Positions 19,406 through 27,390 of a DNA stretch of 64,000 bases are shown here, in pieces. The DNA is taken from assembly GCA_965229885.1 (NCBI GenBank), contig CBDDJX010000002.1, positions 509,127 to 573,126 on the forward strand, written 5' to 3'. Within the stretch, counting starts at the first letter, position 1; the number at the start of each line of letters is the position of its first letter. The position numbers and the translations under genes were made by a program. The notes under the pieces were generated by a model. That model was given only the letters and a program-made list of their open reading frames with translations. It made no database searches and was not told the DNA's origin. This stretch comes from Vicinamibacterales bacterium. Lineage in GTDB: Bacteria > Acidobacteriota > Vicinamibacteria > Vicinamibacterales > CAVVIG01.

Positions 19406-19963
19406 CTAATGCACAGTGGTCCACGCGCCCCGCGTCGGCTGCAGCGGTGTGTTCGCCAGCCACTTCGCCCGCAGAACCTCCGGTGCCTTCTTTTCCGGAA
19501 ATATCACGCAGTCCCAGGAGAGCGCTGCGTGGCACGGAGTCGCGGCAAGGCGCTCTTCCACGATCCGCAGGGTGGTTTCCCCCCACTGCCCAGGCTCAAG
19601 GTGGTAGGGAACAGCCTTCGCGAAGTCGACCATGATGCCGAGCACGGACCGATCGACCGTCGGACCGACCGCCACCGAGGCCATTGCCAGAGTCTCGGCG
19701 GCGATCGTCCGATCGTCGAGCCCGCAACGTCTCAATCTTGCCTCGACGAGCGCAGCGAGTCGGGCTGGGAGGCCCCGCACATTCTGTGCCGGAATCAGCA
19801 TCGGCAGCAGCGAAGTAGAACTCACCAAGAGGAGAAGCGGCTGCCGATCCACCACAACTCGATTGACGTACCAATCGCCGAGCGCCGTATCGGAGCTGGT
19901 CGGGATGACCTCCGTTGCCGGCAGCAACGAGTTCAGCTTTCGTGTCGGCCGAAGTATGACCAT
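19406..19963 (-). CDS. Conserved hypothetical protein
   Basis: 185-aa ORF MVILRPTRKLNSLLP...LGDWYVNRVVVDRQPLLLLVSSTSLLPMLIPA... resembles a widespread uncharacterised family. No catalytic motif recognised. Confidence 0.55.
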   Translation of the reverse strand: MVILRPTRKLNSLLPATEVIPTSSDTALGDWYVNRVVVDRQPLLLLVSSTSLLPMLIPAQNVRGLPARLAALVEARLRRCGLDDRTIAAETLAMASVAVGPTVDRSVLGIMVDFAKAVPYHLEPGQWGETTLRIVEERLAATPCHAALSWDCVIFPEKKAPEVLRAKWLANTPLQPTRGAWTTVH

Positions 19964-20162
19964 GTCTCAGTCTAGCTGTGGTACCTCCGACGTTGCCTCC
20001 ATGGTCATCTTGAAGCATTGCAACCGCAATCAGTGGAAACACGATTGTGAAGCCACGTGACCCGAATTGCGGCGGGCGGCACTGCACCGCCGACGTTTTT
20101 GCGGACACCTCGCCCGTCTTATACCCTCTCTTCGCCCAAGTCTTCACCAGCAGCTCCCGTCG

Positions 20163-20429
20163 TCAGCCGGTCGGCACCGGCAAGGCCCAGATCCGCTGGA
20201 GCATCGACCCGAACAGGCGGCGGGTCAGGTGGCTTTCGGCCAGCAGGAGCCAGTAGTAGCAGGCATGTTTCACTAGCCGCTCACCCGTCTTGACGAGGCG
20301 CTGCTGGAGGCTGGTCAGCGACCACGTGTCGATCCGCGTCGGGAGCACCAGTCGTCGCCAGAGGTTGCCTAAGGTGTACGCGAGCACGCTCAGCTGCAAG
20401 CGGACCTCGTTCGCCGGAACCGGTGGCAC
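20163..20429 (-). pseudogene. IS1380-family transposase C-terminal fragment
   Basis: ...ANEVRLQLSVLAYTLGNLWRRLVLPTRIDTWSLTSLQQRLVKTGERLVKHACYYWLLLAESHL matches the characteristic IS1380 C-terminus. Nothing lies upstream. Confidence 0.7.
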
Positions 20430-20589
20430 GACGTTCGTGAACCGTGGAGAAATAGTGGAGACGGCGGGAACCTGTTCCCGATCCGCCTGGCGGCGGGTGC
20501 AGGTCCCGCCTCCTCCACAGGACCATGACGGTCACTCCCGCTCGCATAAGACAAGCGAATCGGCCTGACCTTGCACACGACGCCTCCGG

Positions 20590-20982
20590 ATGCGACGCAC
20601 AGGAGCGTGCGGACGATGGCCAAGGCCGAGGCCCTCAGTCCAACCATGTGTCGGGTCGTCTCGCAGGGACCTCAAGAGATTTCCGCAGCCGGTGCGCCGC
20701 GATTTCGGCCCGACGGTCTATGCAGCGCAGCGGGACGAGACCGATCCGGCGGCGAAGCCCCTGAGAGGCTTCGGTGGGACACGCGTCATGGAGATAGTCG
20801 ATCAGCACGACACCAACACGTACCGCGCGGTGTACACGGCTCAGTTCGACGAGGCGATCTACGTGCTCCATGTCTTCGAGAAGAAGTCCACGGGCGGCAT
20901 CACGACCCCGAAGACCGAGATCGACCTGATTCGCCGCCGGCTGACCGAGGCCGCGCGGCTTCATCGAGAAAGGCAACGCTGA
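20590..20982 (+). CDS. RelE/HigB-like toxin (Gp49-like/DUF891 type)
   Basis: ...VGSSRRDLKRFPQPVRRDFG...AKPLRGFGGTRVMEIV...TYRAVYTAQFDEAIYVLHVFEKKSTGGITTPKTEIDLIRRRL. Start uncertain (the only in-frame ATG is at 20590). Confidence 0.75.
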   Translation: MRRTGACGRWPRPRPSVQPCVGSSRRDLKRFPQPVRRDFGPTVYAAQRDETDPAAKPLRGFGGTRVMEIVDQHDTNTYRAVYTAQFDEAIYVLHVFEKKSTGGITTPKTEIDLIRRRLTEAARLHRERQR

Positions 20983-21014
20983 TATACCGGGACTTAGCGA
21001 CAGTCGAAGACGGT

Positions 21015-21091
21015 GTGCCCGTAGCTCAGTTGGATAGAGCATCGGCCTTCTAAGCTGGGGGTCGCAGGTTCGAATCCTGCCGGGCGCGCCA
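21015..21091 (+). tRNA. tRNA-Arg (anticodon TCT/UCU), CCA encoded
   Basis: Cloverleaf folded by hand: acceptor GTGCCCG/CGGGCGC, D-arm GCTC-AGTTGGATA-GAGC, anticodon loop CTTCTAA, variable loop GGGTC, T-arm GCAGG-TTCGAAT-CCTGC, then G-CCA. Very similar to E. coli argU. Confidence 0.92.
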
Positions 21092-21123
21092 TTTCTCGCC
21101 AGATTCTGCAGATTGTGCGGAGT

Positions 21124-21145
21124 AATGACCACCGCTGTGGTCATT
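21124..21145 (+). terminator. Hairpin downstream of the tRNA (possible terminator)
   Basis: AATGACCAC-cgct-GTGGTCATT (9-bp stem) followed by CCTTTCAGTT. The T-tract is weak. Confidence 0.3.
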
Positions 21146-21180
21146 CCTTTCAGTTCCGACCGGTCACATCAGGTCGACGA

Positions 21181-21378
21181 TTAGCGTGCTGAAGTACGGA
21201 GGCGCTCAAGGTTCTGCTTCACTTCTGGTCCCTCCGACGGCATGGTGTGGACGTCATGGTTGACGATCTGGTGCCACCACCCACTCTCGAAGAAAGGCTC
21301 CAGTCTGCGCGAACCCGTTTCGCACTCTTTGCTGAAGTACTTGATCTCCACGCGCTCGGCATCGAACACATGGACCAT
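21181..21378 (-). CDS. Small hypothetical protein
   Basis: 65 aa from the internal Met (MVHVFDAERVEIKYFSKECETGSRRLEPFFESGWWHQIV...). Divergent from the HTH gene. No family recognised. Confidence 0.3.
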   Translation of the reverse strand: MVHVFDAERVEIKYFSKECETGSRRLEPFFESGWWHQIVNHDVHTMPSEGPEVKQNLERLRTSAR

Positions 21379-21521
21379 GCCCTGGGGCCGGACGCCGCCC
21401 GTGCGCTGGCCGAGACGTGTCGACAGGCCGCCGGGGATCTCCAAGGACTCCTCGCCTCTCTCCCGGTCGAGCGACTGAACTGGTCGAATGCGAACAGAAC
21501 AATGAAACGGAGACGGCAACG

Positions 21522-22097
21522 ATGAGCCTGATGCGAACATACCGCGCGGCTCTCACATTGTCGCAGTTAGCGTTCGCGGCGCGACTGAATGTGCCGCTTG
21601 AAACCTATCGCACATGGGATTCCGGCAGGCGAGAGCCATCGAAGGAGTTTTTGAGCAGAGCCAGGACGCTGGCGGCGCACCCGGACGACACCGTGTTGTT
21701 GTCGTTGCGGGTCCTCGCCTTGATGATCGGTGTGCATGTTCGGACGCTGCAGACCGCTGCACGCTCCGGTCGGTTGGCTGTTGTCTATGATACTCGGACA
21801 ACGTTCCGCCGCTTGCGACCGCGGGCCACCCTCAGGGAGGCACTGGTCTTCAAACGCAACTATTACGGCACTCAACGGCGCCCGCCCAGTAAACCGACGT
21901 CGCTCGCTTGGGAAGCGGTTCCAACGAACTACGACCTCCGCATCAAGACGCTACGCCGTCGCCTTGGCCTGAGTCAGTCGCGGCTGGCTCATCGGATCGG
22001 CGCGGCAGGGAAGGCGGTCGTGTACCAATGGGAGTCGCGGCGCCGAGTGCCGTCACCCGTCTTCTGGCGAAGAGTTGAGGAGTTTGAATCTAGGTAG
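21522..22097 (+). CDS. XRE-family DNA-binding protein with two helix-turn-helix modules
   Basis: N-terminal LTLSQLAFAARLNVPLETYRTWDSGRREP and C-terminal LGLSQSRLAHRIGAAGKAVVYQWESRRRVP. Confidence 0.7.
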   Translation: MSLMRTYRAALTLSQLAFAARLNVPLETYRTWDSGRREPSKEFLSRARTLAAHPDDTVLLSLRVLALMIGVHVRTLQTAARSGRLAVVYDTRTTFRRLRPRATLREALVFKRNYYGTQRRPPSKPTSLAWEAVPTNYDLRIKTLRRRLGLSQSRLAHRIGAAGKAVVYQWESRRRVPSPVFWRRVEEFESR

Positions 22098-22353
22098 CCC
22101 GAGGTCACTGCCTTAAGCAGCCGTTGGGTTGCTTCGTCTCTGTTCTGGGCAGGGAGCGTGAAGATCAGTAAGCGCCGATCGGTAGCGATACATGTATGGA
22201 TTTCGTTGACTACAGGTTCCGTAGTCATCAATGGGAGGCGCGCAAACGTACGCCGTCGCCCCTGTTCTGGCAACGCCTCACCACGTTCTTCACGACAGCG
22301 GCCAGCCCGTGACAACAGGATCGGCGTCAGCCAAGCACAGCGTGCAGCCCTGA

Positions 22354-23446
22354 TTGGGGCTTTGTTGCATGAATCGAACGTAGCCCGCAACGATCCCGAC
22401 CCAGTTGTTGGTCACCGCCTGATCGCGTACGACGCAGGCCTGCCCAAGTCCCTCATCCGATTCAGCACGTTACACGCGAGGACCGCCTCAGTCCCCTGCC
22501 CTGCTGAACTCCGCGCGCGAAAGCCCTCTCCGATGATGGACTTGTACCGGAAGAAGACGTTCTCCACGCGCGCCTGCCGATGGTAGCCCGTCTCCTTCTT
22601 CCATCGCCGCCGCCCGATCTCCTGCACCCGCTTGACGGTACGATCGCGAGCGAGGGATCGCGGCCGTCGGCGAGACACGGCGGCGGTCCTCTTCGGGGGA
22701 ACGACGACCTGCGCACCACGCGCGCCCGCCGCCTCGTAGACCGCGATCGTGTCGTAGGCGACATCCGCGGTGACGCTCGAGATATCGCCATCGACGACGG
22801 GGATCAGATCGACCGCAGTCGTGGCGTCGTCGACATGCGCATCGGTGAGGGCCTGCGCCACGATCACACCCGACCGGTCGACACCGAGATGGAGCTTCTT
22901 CCACCGACGCTCGCCGTGTCCCCCGTGTTTCGCGGCGGCCCACGCGCCTTGGCCCACGATCGACAGGCCGGTGCTATCGACGATGAGATGGATGGGGTCC
23001 GTGGCCGGGATGCGACGGAGCATCACAGCGAGCTGCTGACTCCGCCGCGAGAGTGTGGTGTGGTCCGGCGCGTCCAAATCGGCGCCCATCAAGGCCAGGA
23101 CCGACCGCACGAACCCCTCCGTCTGGCGCAAGGGCAAACCGAAGACGAGCCGGAGGATCAACGCGGTCTCGATCGCCACATCCGAGAACCGCTTCTGCCC
23201 ACCGGGGCGACCGGAGGGCGACGGTCGCCACGCGTCCGTGGCAGCGGCCGAGAGCCACAGGGTCACGTCACCTCGTTGGACGAGCGCTCGCTCGTACTCC
23301 CGCCAGTTCCCGACGCGATACGTTGTCTTGTATTTCGGATGCACCTTCGACTTCGTAAGCAGGATCGTGCGCTGGCCGCGGCCACAGGACCAGCCGGTTG
23401 ACGATGCCCGCCGAAGTAAGGGTCAGGAGCCATGCACCAAAGCCCG
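22354..23446 (-). mobile_element. IS5/IS903-like element, copy A (complete)
   Basis: Terminal repeats GGCTTTGTTGCATGAATCG (22354) and, inverted, CCATGCACCAAAGCCC (about 23430-23446) flank an intact transposase ORF. Confidence 0.8.
22412..23344 (-). CDS. IS5-family (IS903 group) DDE transposase
   Basis: 310 aa, MHPKYKTTYRVGNWREYERALVQRGDVTLWL...IVDSTGLSIVG...WKKLHLGVD...VTADVAYDT...ARVENVFFRYKSIIG... Confidence 0.9.
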   Translation of the reverse strand: MHPKYKTTYRVGNWREYERALVQRGDVTLWLSAAATDAWRPSPSGRPGGQKRFSDVAIETALILRLVFGLPLRQTEGFVRSVLALMGADLDAPDHTTLSRRSQQLAVMLRRIPATDPIHLIVDSTGLSIVGQGAWAAAKHGGHGERRWKKLHLGVDRSGVIVAQALTDAHVDDATTAVDLIPVVDGDISSVTADVAYDTIAVYEAAGARGAQVVVPPKRTAAVSRRRPRSLARDRTVKRVQEIGRRRWKKETGYHRQARVENVFFRYKSIIGEGFRARSSAGQGTEAVLACNVLNRMRDLGRPASYAIRR

Positions 23447-23896
23447 TCGTTGATGCAATGCGCGCGGTAATGCGTCGGTGGCAGCTCGTCCCTCGCCCAT
23501 GGACAGATGGCGTGTTCGAGGCGTCCAGGACGACCATAGAATGCCGCACGCCCCGAATCTGGGACCTTGCCCCCTAAATCCGATCCAGTCCGAGCGTTAG
23601 GATTGGGGCGAGAGGTGACCGGAACAGCTTTGGAGGTTATCGGGACGTCGGCTGCAGGGTTGGCAAGACTCCTGACCGTGACGCCCGGTGTGCAAATTCC
23701 GGTCACAGCTGAGGCCGCGCTCGTTCAGGGGCGCGCCCCGCTGATCAGCACCGGCGGTGTCTCTGCCACACGCCTGGCCAGTAACTACGACAGCGGGAAC
23801 GACCTGACGAAGCGGCTGGAAGACGCCGGCTGCGCCGTCGACAGATCGGGATTGAACTAGGCAACGACCGGCGACGTCAAGCCCTCGGAAAGCCCG

Positions 23897-24238
23897 TCAT
23901 TCGCCGATTAGTTCGACACTTTCGATGTCCGCCAGGGGCAGCTCGAACCCTCGGAAGCCCTGGTAGCCGCCCGCGTTCCTGTGGTGTGCGTTCGAGGAAA
24001 GCCAAAGGCCCGTCTCGTCGTGGCAGATCCACGCGTCGGCATTCTCGTCGTCCTCGGCGAATCTCACCTGTATGCCCCGCGGCGGTGCAGTGATCTCACC
24101 GTCCGAATAGGCGATCCTTGAGACCAGCTTGCACGACGTCAGCCTGTCGAAGACCTCGATCAACATGACCGATATGATCGCACAGGGCTTAAGTTCCGAG
24201 GAGCCCCACCCGATACGCTTGGAATGACAGAGGACCAA
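23897..24238 (-). CDS. Hypothetical protein
   Basis: 113-aa ORF divergent from the ATP-grasp cassette. No motif recognised. Confidence 0.4.
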   Translation of the reverse strand: MVLCHSKRIGWGSSELKPCAIISVMLIEVFDRLTSCKLVSRIAYSDGEITAPPRGIQVRFAEDDENADAWICHDETGLWLSSNAHHRNAGGYQGFRGFELPLADIESVELIGE

Positions 24239-24326
24239 GGCGCGGATCTTGGCCCTCAGGGCCGACGGCCTCAGCTACCCGGCGATCTGGGCCGGGCGGG
24301 ACCTTGGCCTATTATAGGAACCGTAA

Positions 24327-24506
24327 ATGCAGCCCCTCCTGTCCGTCTCCAAGATAGCTTCGGCCGTCGTGCCCAACCATGACCCGCGTGACGAGATCAC
24401 CGAAGAGGACGTTATCTTTGACTCGACGCTGGTCGCTCCCACCGCGGACTGCCAGCGCAGCACCACAATCACCCAGGTCCCCAGGGAGACTTCGGATGAA
24501 AACTGA
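24327..24506 (+). CDS. Candidate RiPP precursor peptide 1 (59 aa)
   Basis: AGGAA 7 nt upstream of the ATG. MQPLLSVSKIASAVVPNHDPRDEITEEDVIFDSTLVAPTADCQRSTTITQVPRETSDEN. Its C-terminal core and N-proximal PLL..SV..I are shared with the next ORF. The stop overlaps the next start by 11 nt. One residue below the 60-aa ORF-track cutoff. Confidence 0.5.
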   Translation: MQPLLSVSKIASAVVPNHDPRDEITEEDVIFDSTLVAPTADCQRSTTITQVPRETSDEN

Positions 24507-24642
24507 TCGGCTGCGAGTCGAACCATTACTCGCGCAATTGAGCGTCCAGATTCCGCCTGAGAAACCGCAGGACGGAGAGCAACGTCCCCCACGCGACACA
24601 TTGCACACCCGGGTTGCGCGCGAAACCACGGATGACGACTGA
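24496..24642 (+). CDS. Candidate RiPP precursor peptide 2 (48 aa)
   Basis: GGGAGA upstream. MKTDRLRVEPLLAQLSVQIPPEKPQDGEQRPPRDTLHTRVARETTDDD. The stop overlaps the ATP-grasp ATG by 11 nt, the same GGATGAnnACTGA arrangement as the ORF1/ORF2 junction. Confidence 0.5.
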   Translation: MKTDRLRVEPLLAQLSVQIPPEKPQDGEQRPPRDTLHTRVARETTDDD

Positions 24643-25618
24643 GGATGTCGATGTCCTCTTGGTCACCACCAGGCTTGACTCAGCTTCAGACGCCGTTGCC
24701 GACGCCCTAAAAAGAGCCGGAGTCAAGTTCTACCGATTGAACACTGAAGACCTACCGCTCGGCGCGAAGTCTTCGTATGAACTCCGAACCGGCGCACGCC
24801 GACTCCGCTGGCATTCGGAAGACTGCGCCGTTTCGCTTGACGGCGTCAAGCGCGTCTGGTTCCGTCGGCATCGCTTGCCCGCTTTGCCGCCGGATACGAT
24901 CCGCGCCCACGCCGAGTACTGCTTGAGGGAGTCCCAGTGGTTTCTGCGCGGCATGCTTTGGAATCTCGCCGAGCAGGTGCCAGCGGCTAACTGGATGAGC
25001 CTTCCCGTCGACATCCAGCGTGCGGAGTCCAAAATGCTCCAATTGCAGGTTGCCGAGACCGTGGGATTCACCTGTCCTGAGACGCTAATCTCCAACAACC
25101 CGGACGAAATCCGGGCATTCTTTGACCGACAGGAAGGCAGGGTTGTCGCGAAGCCCCTCCGGCTCGGCTATTTTGACTACGGTGACGTCCAGACCGCTGC
25201 CTACACTACCGCTGTGAGCACGGCTGACCTCGCCAGCGACGAGGCGCTGAAAGTCGCGCCTGTGATCTACCAGCGCCATTTGGAGAAGCGTTGGGACATC
25301 CGCGTCACGATCGTCGACAATTCAATTTACGCTGCGGCCATTCACTCCCAGGAAGCCGACTCGGCCAAAGTGGACTGGCGCCGAGCAGATGAGGAACTTG
25401 AGCACAAAGTGCATGCCTTACCAGAGGAGATAGACACGGCTTGCCAGCGCCTAATGAAGGCACTGAACCTACGCTTTGGCGCCGTCGATCTCGTGCTCGC
25501 ACCGAACGGTCAGTACTATTTCCTGGAGATCAACCCGAATGGGCAATGGCTGTGGCTTGAGGACAAACTCGGATTCCCGATTACGAACAAGATCATGGAA
25601 TGGCTCCGCAACATCTAG
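24632..25618 (+). CDS. ATP-grasp ligase, microviridin MdnB/MdnC (MvdC/D)-like
   Basis: MTTEDVDVLLVTTRLDSASDAVADALKRAGVKFYRLNTEDLP...VWFRR...AESKMLQLQVAETVGFTCPETLISN...VVAKPL...WDIRVTIVDNSIYAAAIHSQ...VDWRR...FGAVDLVLAPNGQYYFLEINPNGQWLWLE. ATG at 24632 preferred over TTG at 24614. Confidence 0.8.
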   Translation: MTTEDVDVLLVTTRLDSASDAVADALKRAGVKFYRLNTEDLPLGAKSSYELRTGARRLRWHSEDCAVSLDGVKRVWFRRHRLPALPPDTIRAHAEYCLRESQWFLRGMLWNLAEQVPAANWMSLPVDIQRAESKMLQLQVAETVGFTCPETLISNNPDEIRAFFDRQEGRVVAKPLRLGYFDYGDVQTAAYTTAVSTADLASDEALKVAPVIYQRHLEKRWDIRVTIVDNSIYAAAIHSQEADSAKVDWRRADEELEHKVHALPEEIDTACQRLMKALNLRFGAVDLVLAPNGQYYFLEINPNGQWLWLEDKLGFPITNKIMEWLRNI

Positions 25619-26325
25619 CCGCAGCACGTGACTCTTGCGTGAAGTGGGTCGGACGGTGGCTGTGGGACGGAGTCTGGCCTACTCTTGATCCGCCATCGAC
25701 GAACTTGACTGACGACGTCGAACAGCCAAAACCGGAAATCGACGCGGATGCAGACGAAGATGTTGTGCGCACGGTGTACGAGCGGCTATGCGCCGAACTG
25801 GAGACAGAAGCCGAAAGGAGGCGCGCGGTAGAAAACAAGCTCATTGCGGCTGGTTCGGTTGCTCCGATCGCCGTAACAATCATGGTCGCCGTAGCCACGT
25901 TCCTGTCTCGCGGCCGACTACAGGAATCCGTGTCAGAAAGCGCCGTAATAACATTTGTGGCGTTTTACGCGGCGCTGCAGTTCCTGCGCGCCACGTTGGC
26001 CGCGATCAACGGGCTGTCCAGGAAGAGCTACAATGTGCCGACCGTATCAGAGATCCTGCCGGCAAGCACAGAAGCACTGGTCGGGTATCTCCGCAATGCC
26101 TGCAATGACCACGTGCGCAGGCTTGAGCAGCATCGCGAAACGACGAACGAAAACGTGAGCCAGCTTGCGCTCGCTCACAAGTCGATTAAAAATGCAGTGA
26201 CTGCGATCGTCATCGCGCTCTTAATCCTCGTCGGGCTTATCGCATGGGAATACGTAGGCTTGGCGCGAGAAGGCCTAGCAGCCTGTATATGGACTCCTCC
26301 CGGTGATCAAGCGAGTGGGTCGTGA
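25600..26325 (+). CDS. Predicted membrane protein (acidic N-terminal region, about 3 TM helices)
   Basis: Start overlaps the ATP-grasp stop by 19 nt. TM candidates GSVAPIAVTIMVAVATFL, AVITFVAFYAALQFLRATLAAI and AVTAIVIALLILVGLIAW. No family recognised. Confidence 0.6.
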   Translation: MAPQHLAAARDSCVKWVGRWLWDGVWPTLDPPSTNLTDDVEQPKPEIDADADEDVVRTVYERLCAELETEAERRRAVENKLIAAGSVAPIAVTIMVAVATFLSRGRLQESVSESAVITFVAFYAALQFLRATLAAINGLSRKSYNVPTVSEILPASTEALVGYLRNACNDHVRRLEQHRETTNENVSQLALAHKSIKNAVTAIVIALLILVGLIAWEYVGLAREGLAACIWTPPGDQASGS

Positions 26326-26445
26326 CGGTCGGTCCTTCGCGTCGGTTGCGGTCGTATATCGGCGTTGGTGCGCTGATTCAGCGTGGTGGGCGAGCAGTGG
26401 CCGGCATGTTGACTATCGCGACCGCAGGCGGGTCATGATCTCGAT

Positions 26446-27390
26446 GTGAAGTCGAGAGTGCATCCGAAGGACAAGACACAGTATCGCGTCGGGAACTGGG
26501 CCGAGTACGACCGAGCCCTCGTGCGGCGAGGCGACGTCACCCTCTGGCTCACGCCCGACGCGATCGCCACGTGGGCAGCGGCTGGCGTCGGCAGGCGGAG
26601 CGGGCAACTCCAGTATTCCGATCTCGCCATCGAAACCGCCCTGACGCTCAGTCTCAGCTTCCACTGACCGTTGCGTCGGACCGAGGGCGTCTTGACATCG
26701 ATCTTCGGGATGCTGGGCGTTGATCTCACGGCATCCGATCACACTACGCTCTCGCGACGCGGTCAGCATCTCGCCCTCGCGCTTCGGCGCGCCCGCCCGG
26801 GCACCAGCCTGCCCCTCATCGTTGACAGCGCCGGACTGTCCATCGTCGGCGAAGGTGAGTGGGCCGCGGCGACACATGGGGGCCGAGGGCGACGCGGCTG
26901 GAGGAAGCTCCATCTCGGCGTGGACGGGTCCCGTGTGATCGTGGCCTGCGCGCTGACTGAGCCGACGGCCGATGACGCGATGACGGGGGTCAGTCTGGTC
27001 GACGAGGTGGATGGACACCTCACCAGAGTGACGGCGGATCCGGCCGACGACACGCTCGCGTTCTATGGTGCGGCCGGTGCGCGAGGGGCGAGGGTCGTGG
27101 TGCCGCCGACCAAGACCGCGTCGTTGTCTCGACGGGGCGCCCGATCAGGTGCCCGCGATCGGACGATCAGGAGGGTGAAGGCGCTCGGACGGCGACGGTG
27201 GACGAAGGCGTCTGGTTACCCTCAGCACGCGCGCGTGGAGAATGCGTTCTTCCGGTACACGTCGATCGTCGGCGACTGTCTTCGGGCACGCAGTTCATCG
27301 GGGCAACAGCGTGAGGCCGTGCTCGCGTGTAACGTTCTGAACCGGATGACCGAGCTTGGCAGACCCGTCTCGTACCGCATCGGTAGGTGA
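26446..27390 (+). pseudogene. IS5/IS903-like transposase, copy B, with an in-frame TGA at 26665-26667
   Basis: MKSRVHPKDKTQYRVGNWAEYDRALVRRGDVTLWL...LSFH-TGA-PLRRTEG... continues in the same frame to ...LGRPVSYRIGR. The stop replaces the Leu of the conserved H-L-P-L-R. Right terminal repeat near 27430-27445. Confidence 0.85.

Noticed and set aside
17993-21091. Island bounded by the 17993 integrase and tRNA-Arg as its att site
   Set aside because: The integrase lies on the 5' side of the tRNA, and no duplicated copy of the tRNA 3' end was found anywhere in the window. The intervening DNA contains an IS1380 fragment, so the linkage may be secondary.
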